This document shows positions 51,406 through 64,000 of a DNA stretch of 64,000 nucleotides, piece by piece. Numbering within the stretch: the first letter of the stretch is position 1; every line of letters begins with the position of its first letter. The DNA comes from the human T2T-CHM13v2.0 reference genome, Homo sapiens. The position numbers were made by a program, and so were the translations under genes. The notes beneath the pieces are model-generated. The model did not search any database and had not been told where the DNA came from. It saw nothing but the letters and a program-made list of their open reading frames with translations. The stretch lies in assembly GCF_009914755.1 (NCBI RefSeq), contig NC_060946.1. The stretch is one strand, 5' to 3'.

Positions 51406-52673
51406 GGAACACACGAGATGCTTGCTGGTGAACAAAAGCTGCAGAGTCACAGCCCCAGTCAAGGCTTCATCCCCTAATTTCTCCTGGCCAAGCTTTCTGT
51501 GAACCCCGTGATGGAATCCCTTGCAGGAAGCTCCTCAAATGCTTTTGACAAGGCTTCTTAGGAAGGGCGGAAGGACAGCCTTGGCCCCGTCTACAAGACC
51601 GGTTCGTTTTCCATAAAAAGGAACTCAGAGATAATGCTAAATATTTCCAAACAGGCAAATTTGGGGGCATTCTTCATCTATCTGTCCAACAAATTAATGA
51701 ACAAATGACTCCCATTTGAAGCATTTTGTGTGTCTTCAAATGAAATTACTAGAACACTCTAAGTCAGAAATGCTCACCAACAGCATGCGTCACCCAGCTC
51801 CTGCCCAGGTTTAACCAAATATGGCAGCGTGAGCCTAGTCAATGGCAACAGATCTCAGTCAGTAACGAACTTGCTGGATGACAGAGAAGGTAAGAGGAAT
51901 AGAAGTCACAACCAACTCCCTGCAACAGCGCGGACACCCCAGCACCAGAGATGCCGGCGCCTGTCTGGGTGCTTGGAGCAGCAGCCGACACCATCCAAGG
52001 GCCCAGGACCCAGGACCCAGGACCCAGACAGCACGCTGTGGCTCTCGTTCTGCATGTGGTCACTAATTGTGATGATTTCTCACATCTCACAAAGCGATGA
52101 CCTACGTAAGGAACTCTTGAGCCTACATTAAATGAAGTCCTTCACAGACCAGCCAACAGCAGGCAAGATTTGGAGTCCAAGTTTGGGAGTCAGGCCAAGG
52201 CTCTCACCCTATGGGGCCTGGAAGACTTGCAGAGACCCAACGATGGGGTGTGCAGGCACCTGGAAAGGGGGTTCAGTGTCCCGTCATCAAGGGTTCCCAC
52301 GCAGGGCGCAGGGTCCAGGTTCACCCCCAATCGGGTCCCCTTCCTGCAGAAGAAAGACCCTCACCTGGCTCTGCTGCCCCCAGGAGAGGCACTTCCTGTT
52401 CTGTGGATGTGAAGAAGTTGGCTTGGGCAAAGCCACTGGCTTTTTGAACTGCCCCAAGTTTCAGCATCAGGACCATGAGCTTGAGGGAGGTGTGAGGTTG
52501 GTTGAGGTTCCACCCTGCAGAGCAGAGAGGCATGTTCATGTCCCATTCACAACTGCACCCTCAAAGGGAGCACAGACTCAGCAGGTGAGTCTCCAGGGAC
52601 CCAGAGTCCTGAAAGCAAGAGTCAAGACTTGAAGGTTGCTTGTTGCTGCAGCAAAGCTGAGTGGTGTCAACAT

Positions 52674-52975
52674 TAACCCTAACCTCCAACCCCAACCCTA
52701 ACCAGAACCCCTAATCCTAACCTCTAACCCCAGCCCTAACCCTAACCCTAATCCTAACCTCTAACCCTAACTTTTACCCTAACCCCTGATCCTAACCTGT
52801 AATCCTAGCCCTAACCCTAACCCCTAATCCTAACCCCAACACTTACCCTAACCCCTAATCCTAACCTCTAACCCCAACTTGTACCCTAACCACTAATCCT
52901 AACCTCTAACCCCAGCCCTAACCCTAACCCCTAATCCTAACCTCTAACCCCAGCCATAACCCTAATCCAAACCCC
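52674..52975 (+). repeat. Degenerate interstitial telomeric sequence (CCCTAA)n
   Basis: ~300 bp of CCCTAA mixed with TCCTAA, CTCTAA, CCCCAA and CCCCTAA variants. Confidence 0.93.
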
Positions 52976-54407
52976 AAGGTCAAGTCTGTGGTGGAGCCAG
53001 CGTCCCCGGGGAGGGGACAAGCCAAGTACCTCCCATGCCTTCAGCAGGGACAGAAGACTTCAGGAAAGTCCCCAGGCAAACAGGGGCCCCACAGGCACCT
53101 TTGTCACATGGCCAGCTGGGTGTCCTTGGAACTGGCCTCTTGTGTGCACCATGCAGGGCAGGTGTGCGGCTCATTCAGGCTTCTTCAGCGACTATAGACA
53201 GGTCTCAGACCCCCACTACTAGCTTTGAAAACCTGTAAGAAAAACGGTAGACCAAGACAGAAACTACCAGGCTAGACGCAATTTAGCTTTCCTTCTTGCT
53301 CTAAAATTCTGTCTTTACAAAGAAAAGTACCTACATTCATGGTTTCCACTCTTAAGTTTCTTATTTTCTTCCAGCGCTTTCTGAGGTCTCAGGTGAATAT
53401 ATTCTAACAAATGCATTATTTGAGGAGATCACAGTGAAGTCCACCTATATAACGTTTATTTTAAATTCAATAAATGTTGGATCTTGGGTAAACTTTTTAC
53501 TTGTGCACAGCTTCCACATTCTCGTCATGGTTCTGACGAGGCCAACGTGTAATCCATCAGTCCAGTGTTACTACGATGGAGCTGGGGAAAACACTATCCC
53601 CAGGCCCGCTAGTTTTCTATGAGGAGTGTTCATTCTCACTCTCACAAACCTGCAGGGCGGCTGCAGTTCTGCTCCTCCAGCTCTGGGCTTTTCTGGGCAG
53701 CTCGGTTGCAAAGCTGAAAGCTGAACTGGAGTCTGGACTGTGAGGTGTGATGGGAAGTCCAGGCTGAAGGGCGGCAGCTGTCCAGGCCAGATCATGGCGC
53801 GTGTGTCCAGATCCAGGATCTACGGGGCTACGGCTCACACCACGCCCTCTAGCACTCGACTAGCAGATGCATGACCAGACCCAGATTTCCCAAGAGGGAA
53901 AATGTATCCCATGCAGCAGAAGGAGGAGGGGCTCGATACTTGCTGAGTGACAATTACATCTACTGTTTGGATCACGCATCTACACACCAAAGAATCAGGT
54001 CCAAAAACACCTGCCATGGAAGCTAATGTGAAGGAAGCCGTCGGCTGCTGGGAACCCACCCTACATCAAACCCCACCTGTGCCTAATGGTACCTGACTCT
54101 CCATGGAGGTGAAGGCACCGACGTTTTAGAACTTGCCCAAATGTGTGGACGTCACCAGGAGTTAACCCACACCAAAGCTGTGATGCTTTGTCACAGACAC
54201 AGGGTTATTAAAAATAAAATGTCTATGAAAATTGAAAAATCCATAAAAATATTAAACTTAAAAAATTTTGGGTTAGAAGTAAAATATACATATGTGATTT
54301 ACCATCTAAAAATGTGAAACTTTTATCATTGTCAGTGATAATCAAATACTTCCATTTTCCACCATGCATAGTAATTTTGAGATCATTATTAAAAATTGTT
54401 TAAGTTT

Positions 54408-54710
54408 GGCCAGGCGCAGTGGCTCACACCTGTAATCCCAGCACTTTGGGAAGCCAAGGCGGGCTGATCACCTAAGGTCAGGAGTTCGAGACCAGCCTGG
54501 CCAACATGGCGAAACCCCCATGTCTACTAAAAATACAAAAATTAGCCGGGCGTGGTGGCACATGCCTATAATCCTAGCTACTCAGGAGGCTGAGACAGAA
54601 GAATCACTTGAACCCAGGAGGCAGGGGTTGCAGTGAGCCAAGATCATGCCACTGCACTCCAGCCTGGGCAATAGAGGGAGACTCCGTCTCAAAAAAATAA
54701 TAATAAAAAT
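54408..54710 (+). mobile_element. AluSx-type element
   Basis: Full dimer; TSD aaaaa(t/c)tgtttaagtt at 54391-54406 and 54711-54726. Confidence 0.94.
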
Positions 54711-55374
54711 AAAAACTGTTTAAGTTCTATTGGTAGTGTCACTATGATGTTTTAAATTTATAAATTTCATTGCAAATTATAGGGTAAATGAACTCTAAAC
54801 AGGATTACAGTTTACATTACCGGAAAAAAATTAGCTCAAAATCCGTCATCATGCATGAAAATGTTCAGGCAAAAATAAAAAGTGTGCAAATGTCTCCTTG
54901 ATATTCAGCAAATGCCATGGCCGACATTAAACTTTCAGGCCCTCGTTACTGTGTCATTGGAAATGCCTCTGCAGTTCTAAAGTGGCTGATACAGTAATTA
55001 AACCGAAGACTACATTGCCTTATACGCTGACGGCTTGGTTTTATTGTCACTAACTAGGATCGTCTCAGAAATCAGCTGATCTGCTGTCTAATGGCTGTCA
55101 GAAATGAAGGTCTGAGTTCAATTATTCTAAAACAAACACAGACACTTTTGGTGTGAATCCTTCAATATTTAATTGGACTATATCTGGCAACCCTACACAG
55201 AAGGTCAACTCAATTAGCCACCAGGGACACCTGTCCCCGCTGCTCACCACAGAGCCACGCAGCCACGTCTGCCTGGTCTCCTCTTACCTTCGTGCACTTA
55301 AACTTACATTTTTCCTCTCAGTCGACCCATTTCTTGTCTTACTTTTATTTTGAAGACAACTTTATATCACTGTG

Positions 55375-55532
55375 AAATTACAGGCTTGACGCCCTAGTTA
55401 TATTCCTGGTAATACCTTTTAAAATAAAATCGTTAACCTATTAAGATAAGAAACAACTGCCCCATGCCCCAAAACCACCCTTCCATGCCACCCTGTGCCC
55501 TCCTCGTTGGAGTCTCCAAGACACACCCTAGG
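55375..55532 (+). repeat. Left arm of ~157-bp inverted repeat
   Basis: Matches the reverse complement of 56594-56750 at ~90% by manual alignment. Confidence 0.93.
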
Positions 55533-55846
55533 AACAGAAATCCTGCCTTAAGCACACCTCCTACATCCGTTTCTACAGACGACGTCGTCCTTGGATTCAG
55601 CCACACCATCAGCAGGCTTTCTATCCAGGGAGCAACGTTTTGATCTCTCAAATAATTGCTTCTGCCTTGGTGTGGGGCCCCTGTCATGGGCTTCAGCCCA
55701 AAGATTGGGGTCAGGGGAAGGGGGGACTCTGCTCTGGGACCTGCAGCAAGACCTGCCAGGCTACAGAGAGGTGGGGACACTTCTACAAGGCACTGGTGAT
55801 AGGGAAGCAGCAATTCCAAAACAACCAGCCAGGTCTCCCCCAGGAA

Positions 55847-56225
55847 GCTCTGGAGGGGTGTGTGTTTCTCTCTGCCATGTGCTGAAGTGCACTGGCCTGT
55901 GTGTAAGATCTGGAAGTTTGTGTGTTTCACTCTGCCATGTGCTGAAGTGCACTGGCCTGTGTGTAGGATTTGGAAGGTTGGCACGGACGCTCTGGAGGGG
56001 TGTGTGTTTCTCTCCACCATGTGCTGAAGTGCACTGGCCTGTGTGTAGGATCTGGAAGGTTGGCGTGGACGCTCTGGAGGGGTGTGTGTTTCTCTCTGCC
56101 ATGTGCTGAAGTGCACTGGCCTGTGTGTAGGATTTGGAAGGTTGGCACGGACGCTCTGGAGGGGTGTGTGTTTCTCTCCGCCATGTGCTGAAGTGCACTG
56201 GCCTGTGTGTAGGATTCAGAAGGTT
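55847..56225. repeat. Minisatellite, 82-bp unit, ~5 copies (one shortened)
   Basis: gctctggaggggtgtgtgtttctctc.gccatgtgctgaagtgcactggcctgtgtgtaggat at 55847, 55989, 56071 and 56153, plus a shortened copy near 55919. Confidence 0.95.
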
Positions 56226-56593
56226 TGTGTGGATGTGCATTTTCAGCTACAAGAGGATTCTGTGCTGCTTTCCTCCCTGTCCTGCACTGAATGGACCATG
56301 TGCCCACAGGCCCCGCCCAGCCTCTGATGGAGCCCTCGTGCCCTGGGCTCACGCCGCCCCTGACACAGGCTCAGGTGGCTTCTGACTCCTGTTCCTCTGG
56401 AACCGTCCCGGGACAGGCAATGCCTGGTCAGCGGCCACAGGGCCTCTTCACTCCGCTCGGTGTCCGGGGGGCCAGCCCACCAGAGGGTGGTGCCACGCGG
56501 CTCTGAGTTCACTAGGCCCCCACCTCCCTGCGTTCCCCACCCACTCCACGGCTCACTGGGACCACTCTGAAGTTGGCTGACGTTCAACTTTTC

Positions 56594-56750
56594 CCTGGGG
56601 TGGGTCTTGGAGACTCCAAAGAGGAGGGCACGGGGTGGCATGGGAGGGGGTTTTGGGGCACACGGCAGTTGTTTATTATCTTAATAGTTTAATGATTTTA
56701 TTTTAAAAGGTATTACAAGGAATATAACTAGGTCCTCAAACCTGTAATTT
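56594..56750 (-). repeat. Right arm of ~157-bp inverted repeat
   Basis: Reverse complement aaattacaggtttgaggacctagttatattcc...ccaagacccaccccagg matches 55375-55532. Confidence 0.93.
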
Positions 56751-57221
56751 GGCTTCTCATCTCTGCAGTGGTGGTGGCAGCGACGAGGATGTGTTTTGTA
56801 TTTCACTGATTTCAAATGAGCCTGGGAAGCCTTTTCCCAGCTTCCCATTGGGCTTTCTGTCTTTTTCTTTCTGAAGTAGGAATCGCCTCTCTAGTCACGA
56901 CATTAGTTCTTCATTGACGTTCTGCTTTCTTTCAGCTGATCATCGGGCCATAGCGTCGTGTACTGGAGACAACCACTCCGTGTTGATGGAGAAGTCGCCC
57001 AGGTCTTGCCTCGTGGTGTCCCATGTTCCCTGTGCTCAGGCCTCAAGGATATTCGTCCTCATGGTCTCCTGTCAGCTTAACGTTATGCCTTGTGCATTCA
57101 GGCCTGAATCCACCTGGGATCCATGTTAACGTGTTGGATCAGGTATGGATCCAGGTGTCCTCTCCTCCAGAGTGATCCGGGATCACCCACAGTACCTACT
57201 GGGGGGTCCTCCTTGCCTCAG

Positions 57222-57644
57222 TGTACGAGTCAGGGTTCTCTAGAGGGACAGAACTAATAGGATAGAAGTATATAAAAAGGGGAGCTTATTAAGTATTAAC
57301 TCACATGCTCACAAGGTCCCACCATGAGCCATCTGCAAGCTGAGGAGCAAGGAGAGCCAGTCCGAGTCCCAAAACTGAAGAACTGGGAGTCCGATGTTTG
57401 AGGACAAGAAGTATCCAGCACGGGAGAAGGATGTAGGCTGGGAGGCTAGGCCAGTCTCGCCTTTTCACGTTGTTCTACCTGCTTTATATCCTAGCTGCAC
57501 TGGCAGATTGAGAGTGGGTCTGCCTCTCCCAGCCCACTGACTCAAATGTTAATCTCCCTTGGCAACACCCTCACAGACACACCCAGGATCAATACTTTGC
57601 ATCCTTCCATCCAATCAAGTTGACATTCAGCATTACCCATCACA
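57222..57644 (-). mobile_element. ERVL solo LTR MLT2A-type
   Basis: tgt...agtcagggttctctagagggacagaactaataggat...ccaatcaagttgacattcagcattacccatcaca, with TG...CA termini. Confidence 0.92.
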
Positions 57645-59380
57645 ACTATTGATTTGTGTTGCCACCCACAGGTCCTCAGTGTTTAGGGTTACGCCATTGT
57701 TTACGCCACTACTATCATTCTCATCATCATTATTGTGATTTTGGAAAACTCTTAACATCTGGTAAAGCAAGCATTCCTTCTTGGTTCTCCTGCTTTCCAA
57801 GTTGGCTTTTACACCCATCCCCCAGCCCCAGCTGAAGTGTGTGCATCAGATCCCTGGGAAAGCCTGGCTGGACTGGGCTCAGAGCGGCACTGAGCCGGGG
57901 GGACTGCAGACGGGGCTGGCGCCCTGCACACATTATATCCACCCATCCAGGGTCTTCCTTCAGGTCCCAGGATCGAGTTTTAAAGCTTTCTGCACACTTT
58001 ATATAGAGATTTTAAGTATGGCTTGTGCATCCTATGTATAGACTTTATACTTGCTTTGTGCTGTTAACGGTATCTTATTTTACATCATATTTGTCGGCAA
58101 CAATCAGTAACTTGCAATCCTCCCACTAAGGTAAAATTTAAATCTACTAATCTTGACTTTTTCTGATTGCCAAAGTTGGGAGGATTTATCTCTTACCCTT
58201 TTGAGACTATGTGTCAAGCTCACGCTGATATGATATCAACACAGGCTTTTTCATCAAATGAATACACCAGCACCACCGCAAGATCCAGGTGCCCCACCCC
58301 TCTGAGCTCCCCAAACCTTGCAGATATTTGAGGCAGGTGCGTCTGCCACCAGCCGAGCCGTTCTGGAGAGTTTTGTCCCCAGCAATCAGGTTCTTACTAG
58401 GAGATCAAAGGAAAGTTGTGTGGGGTGATCCGAGGCCACGCAGAGGACAACATGTTCCAAAACAGCTCAAACCAACAGACACAAAAAGGCTACTCCCTGG
58501 AGGTATGTGGAGAGATTCCAGGGAAACTGTCTCTCCCACAGTGAGGGGAAGGGGCTGTGTGCCGAGGAGCCCTGAGGGGGTCTCAGCAGAGCGGGTCTCA
58601 GGAGAGCATCTCCTCTGAAGCAGCAAGGGTCCTGCCACCGACCCCCGCCCCAAGTCAGTGAGTCCCCTGTGAGCGCACACCTGCTCCCGGGCACCCGTCC
58701 CAGCACGGTGACTCTGGCCCAGAGGCCACTGGTCTGAAGATCAGTGCCTCAAAGGAGGAGCCCTTCTCTGGGAAGCCTCAGGGAGGACCCTCTGTGGAGG
58801 GAATCTCCCCCCTCAGAGTTCCTGAGGGCTGTGCTGCTGCCGTCTCGGGACCACCCCCATCCTGCCTGGCATCACCCCTGTGTGCCTGTGCCCATGGCCT
58901 GAGCCGAGACCGGGATTCACAGCCTGACTTCCTGGAGTCCACGTCCCTCCTGGATTTCCTGGAGGGCCAGGTGTTGGCCCTTGTAGCCTGTATGCTGCCT
59001 GGCCCAGGTTCAGCGTCATTGCTGGAAAGACACAGCGGACCACATTCTGCCTGACCTTGGATGTGGTCACAAGGTGGGGAGGGCACATCTACCTTCCTTC
59101 CTTGGAGCCAGCCTCTCAGGATCTTCTGAAGCTGGGGAGCAGTTGGAGTACAAGCTGAACCCGGAGTGTTCAGGAAACCGAGGGGAATTCCAAGCAGCCG
59201 TGGCCCTCCAGCCCAGGCTCCTCTGTGTGAGCAGGACCTTTCACAGTGAGTGGACAAGGTGGGGAGTGATTTCTGCTGGGTCAGCGTGGACCTGCCAACT
59301 TCAGAAGTGTGTCCTGATCCATCCTGGGGCGGTGAAATTGCATTGATGTGGACACACAGCCCCCGAGGATAAGGAACGCA

Positions 59381-59857
<477 letters not shown>

Positions 59858-61349
59858 TAATGTGGCCTGTTTGATAAGTCCTTGGTAATATTGATAGAGT
59901 GTTTGCCAGTTAAGAAGTAGAAACCAGTGACGGTGGGCCATGAAAATGATCACATATTGGCCCTTTCATTTCGTGAAATTGCACCGACACTTCCCCTGTG
60001 GCAGGATGGCACGCCCACATTTCATAGGAAGGCTTTGCTCTCTGCCGTGTGCTCCTCTGCGTGGACAGAAAGGAGCAAAGAGGAAGAGGACCACAGCATG
60101 AAGTGGGGACGCAGGTGCCTGCGGAGGACACTTGTGTCTCTTGGGAACACTTGTGTATATTTTAATTTTTTTTTTTAATTCCAGAGAACTCCTTGTCCTG
60201 GCAATCCTGTGTTGATTTATTTATGGTTCTGAAATTGTTGCCAGGCTGGACACCTGCCTGGGGCAGGCCAGTGGCCCACACTGTCCCTCGTGCTGGTTTC
60301 TAAGGCCCAGCCTCTCCAATAACATTTTAAATGGCTTCTAAATTGCTTCATTTATTAAATATTCACTGTGAGAACAAAAAAGAGGATAATTCGTTTTGGT
60401 GGAAGGGTTTCCTTTCCCCCTAAAAACTTTGTAGAAAAACAGCCCGTAATAATGGCAGACTTCGTAGGTGTCCGGTGGGAGAACAGGGCAGTCTGTTCAA
60501 GGCATAAATGAAACGATCTCCCAACTCACTTGGACAAACGGGGAGTCAAGGAGGTGTAAGACTTCATGAGCAAGCTGTGTCCTTGGCTGCCACCTGCGCT
60601 GGGAACCCCGGAAACCTGGGAGCGTGTACCGCTGCCCCTTCCATGGGGCCCTGAGCTGCCGCAGGGTTCGAGTTAAACAGCCACAATCCATCACTGTTTA
60701 TGAGGTCAGCACAAGGGGCCACTTAGCTGTTGGCTGACCAGAGACACAATTCCTGCTGATGGGGGAGGTGGACATCTGCTGTGTGCAGGGGTTGCCTGGG
60801 GGTCCCAGGTGTCCTTTCCGGGCTGCGAATGCAAATAGAGTGGCCAGGGCTAATTGCTGCTGTCAAGCCTGGGAAATCAGATTTATTATCCATGTATCTC
60901 AAAGCCTTCATTAAGAGTTCGGGGAGAAAAAAATGTCTGTGTTCTCCATCTCCTACCAAGATTAATGAGTCAAAGAGCAGATATTTTTATAACCATGCTA
61001 TCTGACTTTAATTTTAAATTCAAAAACATGCACTGGGCCCAGCTGATGTTGTACAGATTTAAAGAGGTGAGGAGCCACACACCTGGTTAGCAGATTGGAC
61101 AGGGACATTTGGGCGTCTTGCAGGAGGCTGTTTCTTGTGGGTGTTTCTGTTATGCAGACAGCATGGATGTTTTCCACTATAAGACCATTCCACTTGCAGC
61201 ACTGTCTGCAATGCCAGTATGTTTCCACACCAAGACACGCACTCGCCAGAGATGTTAAAGTGACTCGTTGTAAGGAGGCTCAATCTTCGCATGCACAGCC
61301 ATGATACTGCTCACATGTGAAGACATCAGCAATATTGACGGGCTTGAGT

Positions 61350-63600
<2,251 letters not shown>

Positions 63601-63639
63601 GGGAGCTGAGCACTGGAGTCTCATGGGGTGGGGCTTCTG

Positions 63640-64000
63640 AGGTCCTGGGGCCAGAGTGGGCTTGGTGGTCTGAGGGACAAGGAAGGGCACTGTAAGGATG
63701 GAACAGATTGAGTAAGAGGAGGCAATGAGGCTGAGTGTAGAGAAGGAACTGGCCACCTAGGAGCCTCATATTCATTGTAAAGAAACTTATTTCACTCTGA
63801 AAGAAATTCAGAGCCAAGCAGGGTCTGGTAAGAGGAGTGATGAGTCAGAACTACTCGAAAGGTTTTACCCCGCAGCTCTGCAGAGAGGACCCTAAAAGTG
63901 GAGCAGGAGTGGAAGCAGAGAGACAGTTTAGAAAGTCATTGACAATAACCTGATTGCAGAGGACAGTGACTGGGCCAGGGTGGTGGCCAGACAGACGGTG
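63640..64000 (-). mobile_element. L2 remnant
   Basis: gtaaagaaacttatttcactctg...gaggagtgatgagtcaga...gtggaagcagagagacagtttagaaag...gggccagggtggtggc. Confidence 0.6.

Noticed and set aside
52674-52975. True telomere or head-to-head chromosome fusion site
   Set aside because: Short, degenerate, single orientation, with no TTAGGG-oriented partner and no recognisable TAR1-like flank.

Overview
Primate (almost certainly human, given an AluYg6-type insertion) non-coding genomic DNA. I can support no protein-coding exon, rRNA, tRNA or CRISPR array. All long ORFs in the track trace to microsatellites, VNTRs, Alu or decayed L1. Bases 1-8.2 kb are a stack of old plus-strand L1M fragments. The rest is GC-rich unique sequence interspersed with L1M/L1PA, L2, MIR, MaLR/ERVL LTRs, a Tigger-type MITE and nine Alus. 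It also holds several minisatellites (33, 39/78, 70, ~70 and 82 bp units), three large (GGAT)n arrays, a degenerate interstitial telomeric tract, and AT-rich, homeodomain-motif-dense islands that look like conserved enhancers. This mix resembles a distal (subtelomere-proximal) gene desert or a large intron. The most notable unexplained structure is a ~1.4 kb cassette bounded by ~157-bp, ~90% identical inverted arms (candidate invertible segment or unrecognised TIR element). Next is a 33-bp VNTR whose variant units switch a PRDM9-type motif on and off. Subfamily names come from recalled consensus sequences, not from a database search, and the chromosomal location cannot be determined from the sequence alone.
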